Shown here one piece after another: positions 1 through 14,300 of a stretch of 64,000 bases of DNA. Source of the DNA: Phoronis australis. Taxonomy: Eukaryota; Animalia; Phoronida. The translations under genes and the position numbers were made by a program. The notes beneath the pieces are model-generated. The model was given only the letters and a program-made list of their open reading frames with translations. It was not told the DNA's origin and did not search any database. Location of the stretch: assembly GCA_002633005.1 (NCBI GenBank), contig NMRA01000046.1:1247461-1311460 (forward strand). The letters are read 5' to 3'. How positions within the stretch are numbered: the stretch's first letter is position 1; every line of letters starts with the position of its first letter.

Positions 1-252
1 TATGTGACGATGCTGTTGCTGATTATAATAAGATGATGATGATAATGATGAGTATGGTGATGTCAATGGTGATGACGACGATGACGGAGATACGTGTGCT
101 AATCACTGTTTTTGTTGGTTTGGCGACGGTGATAATGTTACTGGTTTGTGTAGTTGGTTCGCTTCGTAGTAAGGTGTCGACAGATTTTCTTTAATAGTGT
201 TGATTATGTGATCTAAAAACCACGCTGATCAAAATCGTCACTTCGCTTTCAG

Positions 253-397
253 TTCCCCGCACAGATTGTGAGGATCTTCAAAAATACGCCAACTCCACCA
301 CTGATGGCGTGTATACCTTAGTTACATCCAGCGGTAACGAAACTACAGTTTGGTGCGACATGTCAGTCAATGGTGGAGGATGGACCGTGTTTCAGCG
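253..397 (+). CDS. FReD (fibrinogen-related/ficolin-like) gene, first visible exon; upstream exons lie outside the window
   Basis: tttcAG acceptor 251-252. Reads PRTDCEDLQKYANSTTDGVYTLVTSSGNETTVWCDMSVNGGGWTVFQR, with the FReD N-terminal motifs GVY and CDM..GGGWTVFQR. GT donor at 398, phase 2. Confidence 0.9.
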
Positions 398-1054
398 GTT
401 TGTAGCACGAATCAATGGTTTTTACGATCAACATACCTTATTTAGATTAATAATTTATTTAAACGCTATTGAAGTCACTCTAATTGCGAAGAAATTTTAA
501 AACACTACCATTCAGTTCAGACGATTAACATGAAAAAATCTCTGCCTCAGTCTTCACAACTTCAAAAACGCAACTTAATCTATGCGTTTTTAAAGACTTG
601 TCAGTTCGCTCATACCATTTTATTTGTTTTCAAATTTTCCTCATCCCCACGTATTGTTTTCATAATTGCTTTATGTAAGTAAGTTATTTGCTCCACACAA
701 ACACCGTCGATATACGACCAAAAACGCAACTTCTTTGCGTTTTCGTTTAACGTCCATACCAATATGCCAAATAATCATGAAGTAAATCTCTTCGAAAAAG
801 TTGTGTTTTCGACCGCTCACACTAGGGTCATTCAATACATACACAAAATGTGCCGATAGTGACTTAGGTGAAGTAATATCCCATAAGACTCTATTCCGCG
901 TATCGACAGAGACCGAAGGTGTTTATCCCATACGCTTCCAATTCTTTTATTTTTCGGCGATTTTTTAAAATACTGTTCACGTGACGAATCACATCCTATG
1001 TATATGTATTGTGCGTTAGGTTACAAGTTTTATCTAGTAAAAAAACAACGTAAA

Positions 1055-3271
1055 AGGAGAATTCCACCCGATTTAATTAGCCTTTTTACCGTCTCAATCG
1101 GTTTATATCCATATCACTTCGTATACGGTCGATCTTACCCGCCGAGAGGAAGGTGACAAACGACGTAGCAACGTCAGTGGTTCTTTGGCAGGGTGAGTGC
1201 TGGTATGACATGCACGCAACCGTAGGGGGGGCCCCTCGGGTGGCTCAAACCAGCCCCCCATTTGGCGAAGTGGACAAAAGGTCCGCCACAGAGATACAAA
1301 AAGTCCCAGAAAACGAAAAGGCGAAAACTCAAAATTTACAGTTCTGAAGGTGGTACCCGTTTTTTTAGTCCTGTTGCCTTTTTGTCAGCAGAAGGTCCAC
1401 ATCGTCAGAAATTCGAGCCCCCAATATTAAAATCTGGGTGCGCGCATGTATGGTGTGGTGTATCGATCATTCCCGCTTGTGCGAACTATGAAGCTGCGAG
1501 GAAATCGGGAAAATCGATTTCCTCTAAAGCCCATAAAGCTTCGGAAGTGGCTCGCGGTAGTGAAGAATGAAAAGTTCGCCATTAATACCTAGTGAGGCCG
1601 TAAAACTTCTTCGCGTCTTGCAGTGGCCTGCATTTCGTCGGATCGGTTGTTGATCAGTTTTTGATTATGGAGAATTGTAGATGATTATGAAAACATAAAC
1701 AATTACAATTAATTCAAGGCGTTAGAGCATAACGTTTTATATAACTTGTTTGATGACTGACTCGTTCATTAGGCTTCTGTTTGGTCCTCCGGTTGTAGGA
1801 TGTTTTCGCCAGTTCTTTTTCTTAGCCCTAAGAAAACGTCGTAAGCACCCGTTTTTCAGATGCGGTGCAAAATCAGGATTGTGCGTGAGACACATCTGCG
1901 CTTCTCCAAGAATTCTTTTCACTTGCGGAATTTCGCGGTAGCAAACGCAAGCACCAGTCGTTTCCATTATCGTGCGGTTAGTTCATGGACAAGTCATCCA
2001 AACGGTTTTTGGGACTATTCATATGTTCCGTTGTCTGTGCACGTTCACGGAGCCCCTCTATTATTTCTTGATCAGTGTATTCCTATGAAACCTAACAATC
2101 GACCTGTGAATTCATCGGATGAGCATTCGTCTTAGTCGGGATTGCGAGTTGATGCCACGTTGGCGGTTATATTTTATATTGTGCGTTCTGTTTCCGTCAA
2201 AATAATTATTCTCACCCTGACCAATGCTTATACAAAACTGAAACAAAGCCTGTCTCCTTAGATGCAATTTGTAATGCCTTGGAGTTTTCGTGAGTGAAAA
2301 TGTTTTGAAAAGCCAACAATGAATAAACCGCTGCGTTACCGGCTTTAGATGTAATAAACCGGCTAATTGATAGGGCACCGAGACCTAAGCTCATGCTAAT
2401 TCGGTGTTTGCTGACAGAAAGCTGTTGTGAAACAATAACTCCATTTTATATCCTATGGTCAAATGTTAGGAGAATCTTTATTTAGACATTCATATGGATA
2501 ATTTGAATAATTGTGACTGTACAAATTTTGCCATGACGGTTCTGTGGAAGGGCCAACCTGACTTGGCGGCCAACGGCGAGCTAGTAAGTAGATTTGCAGA
2601 ATTTTGAGGATAATTCGCCAAAATGATCAGCGTGCACACTTTTTCTTTGGCTCACTAGTATAGTCTTTTCGTGACTGGAAGTTTAGTTTCCAACGTTGGC
2701 TGGTTTGTGTTCGTGATGTCTTCAGTCCTCCGGGCCGCGATGGGCCTGATCGGGTTCCGAGCCACTTGCCGGGATAGCAAACGTTTTGTGTGGTTAGAAC
2801 TGAAAAAATCGCAAGTCTAAAATTACAACACGCAGCTATGTTCTCCTGTCTGTATTCCACGGTCGAATAATTTAAATTTATCACCAAACAGACCCCAATC
2901 TCCCACAACCGATCTTGCGTAAATTGGCCTACCGAACTGTGTAGGCTACGATACTTTCAAATACCTAAAAATCCGTAACATCGAAATAAAATTACACGTT
3001 TGTTTTTACCTCGATGTATTTATAAGGGTTTTACGTGGAATATTGATAATTTATTGATGTAAAACTATGAATTCAAGCGATAAGCGGACACCAGTATGCG
3101 TAGTGTGAACTGCTGAACAGACTGCATTCGAAGCTCTGACGTCATTGGTTAATTTCAACACCTTCGTCTGCCGTCAGGTGTCGGGTAAAAGAGCTGTACT
3201 TACTGTTATCGAGTGGAACTACTCGATCTAAATTGATACAAAATAACTTGTTTTTTGAGTGGCATTCTCCT
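1055..3271 (+). mobile_element. Kolobok-like non-autonomous DNA transposon, family A (full length)
   Basis: TIR AGGAGAATtCCAC...GTGGCATTCTCCT flanked by TAAA/TTAA. Body homologous to 60132-61764 and 25524-25698. Degenerate THAP-like reading near 1450-1610. Confidence 0.75.
1209..1448. mobile_element. MITE nested in the Kolobok-like element
   Basis: Ends CATGCACGCA.../...TGCGCGCATG with near 5-bp TSD (tatga/tatgg). Absent from the 60132 copy; homologous to 20638-20910. Confidence 0.75.
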
Positions 3272-6200
3272 TTAAAGGTAACGATCTATTACTTGAAAAA
3301 AGATAACAAAGACGAAACAACGGTAACTTTGCAGTTTGTAACATTTCCCGTAAATAATTAAATAACAGCAATATTTAACATTGCGTTACCGAGGAATCGG
3401 CGCCTGAGTTGCAGACGATATAACATTCAGCAAATAAAACTGAGACAGAAGCGTCATATAATAAACAGTTTTTACCAGATGTTACGTTTGGGACCTGATT
3501 GCTTGTTGAATGTTATTTATAATGCTGAAATTTTATTACTTTAAGCCAATTTGAGAAAGTTGGAGAATCGAGTTTCACCTACTCAGAACACAGAATGTGT
3601 TTTGTCAGTGGAAAGATATCGCTGAATTTCATAATTACAACCATATATGTACTCCCGTTATTAAACTATAATTTTTAAAAAAATATTTATGCTGCCCTGC
3701 CAGTGAAGTGATTACCCATAATGCACATGAGCCATCTGACAGCAGAAAAACATGTCGAGAACATGCGAGGTGAGTAGGTGTTTTGGCACGTGTTGTGAGC
3801 AAAACGCAAGGAATCAAAACGTACTAACATTTGGAAATCACAGTCATTGGTTGTTACGCAATTGTCTCAACTATTTATGTTACTATACCGAATCAATCGA
3901 AGTCGACGAATCTTGGCCGTGTCGTGTGTAACTGTAAACATGGGACTAGCTCTTTTAGTTTTAGTCAGTTTTAGTGCCTCAGGACTTCGTCAATTTTGAT
4001 TGGTACCGTTTCCTCTTCGAGGAGATTATATGCAACAAGTAGGCACATGATTTTTGACTGCTGACGATATCAGTTGCTTACGAAAAACACGTTTCCAGCC
4101 TGTCATTGTGATGTTCAATGTCTTTCGTTCATCAAGTTTGTGATAGAGTACTAAGGCCAGGGCGTAAAATGCTTCCATGGTTGTATCTTTAAATTACAGC
4201 TACGATTCTCCGAACACCAGACCTAGACCAGCTGATAGGAAACCCATAGTTGAAATCCCTATGCCGGGCCACGCCACTGAACTCCTTACTTGTGTCAAAA
4301 CCGCTCCACACACACACACACACACACTGCTTTCACGCAGTCAAGTCTCCTGGATAAGAAGTTAATTGTTCTTCAGGTATAGGGCATTTCTGAATTTATG
4401 TGGGTGTGACTGTGGCGTGTGTGTGTAAATAAGGGGTGCAGGTTTGGGAGGTTTACCATGAGTTTAATGTGTGATGGTCTTGGACTGGGATTTGCTGGCT
4501 AGATGGTATTTAGTAGACATGTGATGGGCAAGAACCCTTTGACCTCCTGCTGTATACACAGGCAGTCATCTGGTGGGGCAAGGGTTCAAGGTTTTCAAAA
4601 GTTACATTATTGCTGTGTACAAAGTAAATGGAGATGTTCTGTTAAATGGTTACAGGATTTTCCCTTAATCGGCATTTGTTCTGCCCACATTCAGGGCCGT
4701 AGGAAGTCAAAAATTATTGGGAGGTTATAAACCAATTCTATTTTGTCAAACTAATCCTCTTTCCTCTCGCCACCCCTCCGCCCCTCAACCCCCAATCTCC
4801 GGATGCCGCTATATTTGAAGCGAACCCCAACGTCTGCCATACAAGTGGGGAGGGGGGGGGGTGGAATCCCGGAGATGCAGCTATCAGGATTTGAGTAATC
4901 ATGAACGAACAAGGTTTCACAGAGAGTTGCAAAGAATGGGTCTAGGGCCAGCGCACTGACGGGTAGCTCAGCTACGATTCATTTGAGACAGGCAGCTTAT
5001 CTCGTACCTCGAACCTATCCGTCTGCGCTAGCTCTAAGGTCAAGAAAGGTTTTATCATGATCCAAGGTTGCGAGAATAGTTCATTCTTTGATTTTTTTTT
5101 GAAAATGTGAGGTCCCTTGTATAGTGTCTTTGGGGCTGTTTCAAAATGCCATGTTGAAACACGACCGGTAGTCAAGTTTCTTGTGGATGGGAAAATGACA
5201 CAGAGCGTGTCCAAAAATATACACACTTCAACGTCTGGGGTTCAAATTCAGTTCCCGGGATCACTAAGATTCTGCGCGGCCTACTGCTTGGTTGCACATT
5301 CTTTTTACTGTGGGTGCATCAGTGATTACGTGCAAGCAAACTATTCAATTTTTGAAGAACAGTAATATATTGCGCAATATCACTGAAAACTAAAAACATC
5401 AAGGAAGTGTACAGAAAATATTTCCAAATAAATGAGCAATGAGATAAACTTCTTCGATCTTCTGTTTGTGAATTTAAACTACTAATCTAGTTCTTAAGTC
5501 AATATGCAAGTTATTGTCATTTGAATTGTGAGAACAACATTTTGGGACACATTGTAGAGCTGTCCGACGTTCATCAATATCCTTGAGACTTATTTCATAT
5601 AGACAAAAATCGTTTAGTATACTTTGCTATTTGGGGATCTGACGATAGATTGAATTTTCCCAACGTCACCCACAACTTCTACCAACAATCCTCAAAAGAA
5701 AGACTAGTCTTGTGATGCTATGAGTAAAAGTAACAATATTTTATAACTAACCATCAGAGATTGTCGTTTTGTGTAATTCACAAATAGTAGTCTTTACGTT
5801 CTTTAAATTTCTACCTTTTCGATGGTGGTCAGTTGTATTGTAGTTTTTACATTTTTGATTGTTTGAGTTCAATGCCTTGATACTGCTGTGATGTGTACGA
5901 ATGCATTGTGTTTTTGATAAATGTGGAATCTCAACTTCCCCTCGTGAATGCTTGTCAGTCGGATTTACATGTACAGAGGGACAAAGGGACAATTCTCCCG
6001 AACCGATCCAACAAGAGACGGTCCCGTAAGCTTGGAAAACATTGACAGTTCATTCCATCTTCGTGTGACTCTGCAAGAAGTGACCTTCCTCAACATGAAA
6101 GCCGGTTGTACGATGTCACAAAAATCAGAAAAATGGAGGACATTGGGCCCTCTCTCCGTTAGCGGCCCCTAAGAATTTGTCACGAAAAGGGTTGCCACTT

Positions 6201-7956
6201 GAATGTCGTCAGTGGTCCCCCTTCGCGAGCTGGGCCCCTAAATATGGAAATATCTATATATTCAAAGATCAGAAAATGCGCAGCAATTGATATTATCCGT
6301 CAGGTCATCAATTTTTGTCAAGTGATATACAAATTCGAGAAAAAAAAAACGAAAAAAGAACAACAGCTGTCTCCGTTATCCCTTGCTAGAGGGGTGCCTC
6401 TGGAAAAACAGTTTTGCATTTGCAAAATTGTCTTATTGACTTTACAATTTTCTCGATTGGTCGAAATACATATATGAATGACTAAGTGTGCATTTTCAGG
6501 TGCGTTTTGACTAATTATGCTGTAAAAACGAAGACCCTAACAACAATGTCCTGGCCAGGACCCTCAAAGTGTAAATCATGCACTGATACTGAAATATTAT
6601 GAATTTCTTCTCTTATCCATATTCACACTCTTTCTTTTCGTGACTGTCCCCGGCCCCACGCCAGTGTCGGTTGCCACGATTTAACCTTGACGGCTGCAAA
6701 TTTTTGGGGGTTGGAATGTGCCCCCCTCATACCACCCGCTTCCGAGGGCCCTGACATTCTGTTCTATTCTATTCCAAAGAAATTTTGTTTGTAGAAAATT
6801 GTAGTGCCCTATTGTTTTTAGTTTTATCCTTGAATGAGCTTCCCTTTAAATAAACTACACTGATTTAGGCTCTGTCTGAATGTTTGAGTGAAAACTTATA
6901 TAACACTGGGTCTAATCTAAGCATTTTGCCTTATCTCCATCTATATTTCACCTACTTGTGTATAATTTATAGTTATCTAAACTGTATTTTTCTAAGAATT
7001 AACAACAGATATATTTTATGCGCAATAGCGTTCACCTTCCGGCTCACAAGAACAACCAGTTCGGGAAACAAGAGACCGTGGAAGGGGTGGAATAGTGATC
7101 CACGTCATCGTGGAGGAAGCAGAGCTCAAGGGGTTAACCTAGTTGTGCAAGTTGAAAGTCTTGCTGGCGACAGAAAAAATGTTATGCCAGGTATGAAACT
7201 GAGGACTGAATGATTTTAATAAAAACATGCTAGTCATATTGTGGTTGTCTTTGTAGGTGTTGGCACAAAAATCTTACAAATGAAAGGGTGCAGTGTTTAA
7301 AAATTCTTTGTTCTCATTGATGTGAATGTAGTCAATGAATTACGTCCACTTTAGGTTCTAACTGATCGCATTTTATTATTGATGTTTGTTAATTCAAATC
7401 TCTGTTGGAAATACCATCCAAAACAAAGGAAAGTCTCACTTTGCAAAAGTATTGGCGAGTTCATAGTCTGCAATAATGAAAATCTATACATTTTGATTGT
7501 CCAATACAAGATGTCAATCCACATCAAACAGTGGTAGCTTATATTTCATTTACAAGCGACAAGTTGCTATTCATTTCCTTGTCAAATCTGCAATAATGTT
7601 GAAACAACATGAAAATATATTTTACTAATATTTTCAGGATTTCTAAGTGTTTTGCCCAGATGAAGGTGCACTCGCTTTAGGCGAACTGCAACGAAATGGC
7701 TTGATTTCACTGAGGCCAGAGACTGGTCAGAAGGCGTCTAACCGACATGGACATCTTGTGAGACGTGTGGAAAGGGTTGCGCAGAGTTGTATTTGGACAA
7801 AAATCAACTAATTTACAGACACCGTGGGACATTATACAGGCTGCCCAGATTTAGCGGACCATTGAATGTTGGTATTTTGGTGTCACCTTCTTGTGCACTT
7901 GTTGTTACTTCATCTGTGAAATGAAAGCATTTTACTGCTACTGCTACAATCTCATT

Positions 7957-8030
7957 ATCACTTGGTGATTCAAAATGCGAGGTCTTCTCCACAATCACTT
8001 GGTGATTCAAAATGCGAGGTCTTCTCCACA
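7957..8030. repeat. 37-bp direct tandem duplication
   Basis: atcacttggtgattcaaaatgcgaggtcttctccaca occurs twice (7957, 7994). Confidence 0.9.
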
Positions 8031-10580
8031 CCTGTCGCTTGAGTTACCAAAAAATTAGTGTCAGATAAATTATTACAGACATGTGAGCATTGATCCAACG
8101 GCTATAACTGTCAACCTTCCTTAAGACTTTTTCCCCCGAAAATTAAATATTGGTGTACCGTAATATGTCCATATTTTGCAGTGCCACTCAACATTTCATA
8201 AATGCATTATTTAGGCGCCAAATGTGCAAGTTGTGTGGAAAGAGTTCAATATATTTTAAGTGCAAGAGAAGTCTTTACCAGCCATTTTCAAACCTTTTGA
8301 TTTTCGACACTTGTAGCACTTTCAACACTATTAATGAATTGTGCGGGGTCCGTCGATTAGCCTGAAAATGTGCTCTTGTGCCATACCCCATTCGTAAAGT
8401 AATATCGTCTCAAGATTTTTAGTTTGCTCAGAACAGAGGTACCGACCATCCGAAATAAAAACTTTTTGCGATAATTTAAAATGACACTTTGTTGCTTGAT
8501 ATCTCTGTTGTTATACTGGAAATAAACAAATCTAAGACATGGTTCCCTATGTATTGAGAGCAAGTACATTAGACCACTAGTCTACGGGAGTTAACGTTTT
8601 TTAGAAATGCATGTCTCAAGCCCAAATTACGTCTGAAAATCTGGTGGTCATGTGATAATAAACGAGCGAACACAGTGTGTTTTATAACTGCCAATGTTCG
8701 GTATTTCTTCAAGATAGTTCACAGAATGCTCGCTTTCTTATTTATAACCATGTCGTGTATTTAGTAACTCTGATGAAAATTAATACAAACATATCATCCA
8801 AACAGTATTTTGTCAAACTTAACGCACATGGGTGTACTCCGTGCAAGGTGGTAATTAACCCGAAACCTCTGTAAAAATGACTATCTAGGCCACCTGTTAG
8901 TCCGCAATCTGCTTCGTTTTGTTCCTCAGGTCTTCAGTGATTCAAACCTCGACATTTTAGTTGCTTACCACCCCAGGTTAATTTCAGTCGCCAATTCGTT
9001 GTAACCACTTTCTATTTACACTTAAGTTAAGACTCCGATGAGGTCGTTTGGGAAGAACACATCTAGCTATGAATGGAAAAGTTCACGTTTTTAATACCAG
9101 GACCCAATCTCCAATCTCATACTCATATTCGAGATTTCATACTCAAAATCGTGCTCACTGGAGTTGTACTCGAAAAAGTGTATTCCAAGTCACATTTCGA
9201 GTGGACTCCAAACGTATTCGAATCTAAGAACCGTTGCGCTGATTCAGCGCCCCCTATTCGCATTAGCTACCATTGCAACTACATTATCGTTTGCTGTCGC
9301 TACAAGAGTGTAACATAGAAAGGTGAGTGTTCTGCAACTGTTATTCATTATTTTTTCATTTACAATACAAAATTCTTATACCAAAAAATTATAGACTTCT
9401 TGATACATGTGCCAATTAAGGTTTACTTCTCGTGTTCCTTATTTCCCGAAAATGTCTTAAGAAATTTGTAACAGCTCATCTCATCAAAGTCACGTCCAGA
9501 GCAGCTACAATCTCGGTGTCTGATTTAGACAGGGGGCAAAATGGGTTCACACTCCCCTAAACTTGAGACATTCACCCCTAACGTTGGCATGGTCGCACCA
9601 AGTATTGCCATACGGGTCCCATAAAATGTCGCGGCCCTAACAAAATATCCCAAAACGGGGTACTACCCAAGACAAAAAAAAATGCGTATGAAACCAAACA
9701 AAAAATTTCATCACAACACTTGAATAAAAATTTCATAGAAACACTTGCCCGAAATATGCACCACGAAAAGTTGGTGTCTTGCCAATTTTTGCCTGCGCTA
9801 GTGTCACCCAAAAATGTGTGGCAGATTGTATTTTTTACATGCATGTGATTGTATTTTTGCTACCACAACTCATTGTACCAGGATAAAGCTCTCATTGATT
9901 GTTTGTTAAGAAATTGAAAGGTTGCCGAGCTTTGTTAACATAAACTATGACTTCGAAATTTTGCCAGTATGTATACATACACATCTTTACTGATAGGTAA
10001 AATTTTTATTACTTATACCAAATACGGAAAAGTGAGCAAAACATCCGCCCAATTTTTGTTGACGTCACATCTCTTCCGACCGTTTCTAAAAACACGGTTC
10101 TAAAAATGTCAGGTGTGGCTTTTGCTAAGTCTTTACCTATTTATACGTTTTAAAAAGTTCAAGTTTGTAATAAAAACCGAAGACCTTAAAATGAGACACA
10201 AAATTTATTTTCCCCACTTCTTTACAATTTCTATGCCTAAACAAAAACAAATAGTAATAACCGTGTACTTCATAATCTGCTTATTGTGTACAACTGCCTC
10301 CAAAACAGCACACTCCATTTTTGAGAAGTTGTAGTTGTAGGGAAAGGTTTTGTGAGTAGATAAAGTTTGAGTCTAATACTGGAGTAAAAACTTACAAAAA
10401 ATAGCGACGTTGCGTCCGCATCTCACATACTTCAGCTTGGCTTATGATGTTGTTTTCTCAACTGGATGTCTCAAAATTTTCAAGCTTTGTGAGTACTTAT
10501 ATCTAATTATGTTTTACTTCTGTTACACTATATTTTAGAATATCTTGAACGCAGCAGTGCTGTGGGCTCAGTCTCAGTCA

Positions 10581-10901
10581 TAACAGCTTATTATTTAAAA
10601 TGACATTCTTATTAAAATGACATGGGCAAAAAATTGAATTTTGGGCTCAAAAAAGGGCTCCCTATATAATATAGAGACCCGGTCGAAGGGTTCAGACAAG
10701 CAGGGTCTCCTATATTAGGGGCCCCGCTATTCGGACCCTTTCAGATGGGGTCGTCTATATTAATATAGAGCGACCCCGCTTGTCTGACCCTTCGACCGGA
10801 GCATTCTTTATTAATATAGGGAGCCCACTTTTGAGCCCAAAATTCAATTTCTTGTCCGTGTAATTTTAATAAAAAAAGTCATTTTAAATAATAAGCAGTT
10901 A
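10581..10901. mobile_element. Foldback MITE (about 320 bp, long imperfect inverted arms)
   Basis: taacagcttattatttaaaatgac... pairs with ...gtcattttaaataataagcagtta. Inner arms also pair (aaattgaattttgggctcaaaa/ttttgagcccaaaattcaattt; ggtcgaaggg/cccttcgacc). Confidence 0.85.
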
Positions 10902-12899
10902 CAAATATTTCATGCCGTTTGCGTCTTTCTGTGAACAACAAATCAAATCTCCAGAGAACACCAAAATGTGTATTTCACCTTAACACATACATTACAGTTC
11001 CGTTGCACATTACATACGCTCCATTCCATGTATGTCAAAGACGAAAACACACCCTTCTCCGACACCTGTCGCTTGCGAAGTGCCCGACACACAGTCTCGT
11101 GGTCCACGTAACAAAGACTATACAGCGCACTGAGACGCAACAAAGACATTAAGCATAAGAATAAATGAACAATAACTAAATAAGCATAACAATAAACGTA
11201 CATTTACTAATACCCCGTCACATGTGCATAGAAAAATATTTTTTAAGACTCTATCCACTGTCAAGCCTCATAAATTGTCAGTGTTAATGATCCATTTTCG
11301 ACGCACTCAACTGTGACAGTCACATTTACTTGGGTTACTGTATAACTGTCGTACGAACAACGCAATTGTGGCCCATCGGTAGTGTGTAATTTTAATCAGT
11401 ATTAACAATGGAAGGCGTCAATGATGTTACTTTATTTTGCCGAAAATGCGAGTACTGCGTGAGGTAAAATAGGTCCCAGATAACACCCAAGAGGCCCGGG
11501 AAATCGTGTGACAAACACATAGGACATTCATTCCACAAATTGAATTTGAATTATTCTGTAAAAGAGTTGCGCTTTCGCTTTCTTTTTATATTTGCCAGGA
11601 GTCACCTAACGATCTACGCTAGCATTAGTGCATGAGGTGATGGGGATTTCTGTAAGCTCCTCCCACAGGAGACGGCATATTGAAATTTTCTAAGTCAATG
11701 ATGCAGTAGTGGGCCGGCGACCCCCGGCCGCGGGGGACAGGCACCATATCAGCAGCCAGCATTTTTAAGGAATAGTTCGAATTGCACATATTCTGTGAGG
11801 GAAGGTTGAATTTCAAAGGTTTGGACCTTAATCGACCTATCGCCAGGATTGTGACTGACAGCTTAACTGAGCAATTAGAAAGCAGCATTCTTGACACCTT
11901 CGTCTGCGTTTCCAAGTCGCCATTTTACCCGACAAATAACACGTTGTCAGTTTGTTCCAAGATACGTACTTTTCAGTTTGATGGGTATAGTGTAGGCCTT
12001 TCTGATTTTGACTTCCGAGTTTCACTCGTCTGGGCGCCTTTGTCTCGACATCTGCTGGATCCCAGCACTATTGTAGCGGTAGTCCCCTGAAATTGCTGTT
12101 TTTAAGGACATTTTTGTTATTTTTCATTTATTTAGACCTATGATGGACATCGTTCTGTTTCGTAGAAGAGGTACATTTTTTGATATTCATATACCTGTAG
12201 GTTGGCGTTCAACTGAACTGCTCACTAAAGTTGACAGATACGATCGGCACATGCAAGGCGGGGCACTAGACTACTGGATTCAAAGCGTGGGTTTCTTCGC
12301 AATAGTTTTTTCGGGGTAGTGGGCCTTCGAAGTGATGGTTTTTCTTCGGAGTAATGGGTTTGTTGGAGTAGTGGGGCAATAAATAACGACATATTGGTCG
12401 ACATTTAAGTTTATTGTCTCTAAACCATTCTGAAGACAAAAGACAAACGTTGGAATATTGGTAAGTTTTGTACTTTGTCTTGAGAATGGTTTAGAGACTG
12501 TAAACCGGTCAATATGTCTGATTTTAAAGTTAGAACGTATTTGTTTCATTTCATAAAATTAATTAGATGCATTTTCTCTTGGTCAAGCGAAGGTTAAAGA
12601 AGATACGATACAAGGGCCTTTAACTGCAAAGACAGTAGAAACGGCAGAAACAAGTCATTGGACTTCATTGTCCAAATTATTTGAGTGAAGACGCCACGTT
12701 TTCTTGGGTATTCCAAGTTCTAGTAAGCCCATGTGCGATCTTGGGAGTAAGCGAAATTCCAAGTTCATATTCGACCTCCGCAAGACACTCGAAATTCGAT
12801 TGACAATTCAGCAGGCGTGCATCTTTTCTTGGTGCACGACACAAAAAATAAAAATTAAGCTAGAAAAAATTTGTATTAGATTTAGTTTATTATTTAAAA

Positions 12900-14300
12900 A
12901 AAATCGGTATCATGTCGAAAGAGTACGCGTTGAATCAGTTGAGTGCAATGCGGCCATGGGATATTGTTTTTCGTATTCACCCCCCGCACTACTTCAACAG
13001 TGCCCTCTGACATGGAAAGTTCAAAGGGTAGGTCAATGTCGACTCGACGTCGTTAGCCGGTCCGATCAACAAACTCCGTATATAGTTTAAAGTAATACAA
13101 TAGCGGAGTTGCAACGCCGCCATATTGGAAATGGGTCAGAATGTTGCATTGTGGTTAAGCTGGTAAACAAGTACGTCGGCAAGCGTGGGGGCGAACCGNC
13201 TAGAGGGCGTGCGTGTACTAGTGGTGATAGATTAACAGCCTCGATTTTGCTAGCCCTTTAAATACATGGTGAAATGGCTTGTAGGTGTGCAAACTGAATC
13301 TGAGATTGCGTGAAAAGGGTGCTTCTATGAGAGAAAGTAAGCACGACCTTATACAAAGGTAAGGTTTGTGATTATTTTAACGATTATACCATGTTTATTC
13401 TACTGATGCCTGTTAACTGAGATACTCGCCGATGTTGACTTCGCGACAGTCGCCAGTCGGGTTTGTTGTGATGCTTGTTACGATACTTGACGTAGCACTC
13501 GGGATCTTTTCGTACACCAAAGCCGTATTATTGTTTGGAATGATTTCAAACAGGTTTGTCAGTGACAGTTACATCAATGAATGCTGAATGTTTAACTCGA
13601 TATGGGTTAGTGAGATTACAAGCCCAAGCCCAATGCCATGGCAAAGGGTACGTAAATATCCATTAGACTATTTGTTTACTCCCTATCCTATGTCTTCCGG
13701 AAATTTATTATACGTTGAAATGAAATTCTATAATGTCTGTTTTCACGTGACCTTTGATTTTTAGGTTTGAGGGCTTGTACCGTGCAGAGGAGATATGCAT
13801 CGCTTCTGCATCGACCCTGAATGGACAAAAATTGGTTATAAGCAGTTGACTGCAGCTAACCACCAAGATCTTCCCATACAGTGTACATGTACTGTAGATC
13901 TGTTGTTAAAGCTTACTTTCTTCATCGGAGACAACGAACAAGCTTTGTTACTCTTTTCTCTTCCCACAGCATTTCCACCCACCATTTGCGCTGCATGGCG
14001 CAATGTACATGCCAGTGGCCCTGGTGAAATGTGACTCTCAGTACGAAGTCACCATAAGACGTGTTCTTTGTGTATGAAGAGGAACTATATCTACTGCTAC
14101 ACAAGTCAGCCTCGTTGTGAGGTTACCTTTCAAAGGCATTAAGTCATGTGTGGACAATAGCTTATTTCCTTTCCTAGAAGAAACATGCTGGATTGAAGCT
14201 AAAGAAGACGTAGTGACACACTGGTCTAGTTCAGAGTCAGATTTTGGGCACAAAACGAGTCAAGTGATATGCTGTTGTGTTTACCTTCAAGGATCTAATT
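12900..14300. pseudogene. Degraded two-gene DNA transposon remnant: SAP/SWIM-like gene (+) head-to-head with a THAP-like remnant (-); ISL2EU/Harbinger-like
   Basis: + strand L*VCKLNLRLREKGASMRESKHDLIQR|FEGL is SAP-like, with donor 13359 and acceptor 13764; later SHVWTIAYFL is SWIM-tail-like. Minus strand near 13030-12910 reads NFP..ALLK*...VNTKNNIPW...RVLFRH. Many stops and frameshifts. Confidence 0.4.

Larger units (their letters stand above)
833..3420. mobile_element. Dispersed repeat (about 833-1054 plus 3276-3420) split by a Kolobok-like insertion; inverted uninterrupted copy at about 16105-16560
   Basis: The joined flanks match the reverse complement of about 16105-16400 across the insertion point. 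Confidence 0.75.

Noticed and set aside
1-90. Asp-rich coding stretch
   Set aside because: Degenerate (GAT)n microsatellite in intronic position upstream of the acceptor at 252.
4150-4690. Possible old LINE endonuclease on the minus strand (IQET-like)
   Set aside because: Only one short motif; too degraded to call.
7020-7880. Exon-like segments with a PHD-like WTSCETCGK fragment
   Set aside because: Stops and no consistent frame; likely TE debris but unassignable.
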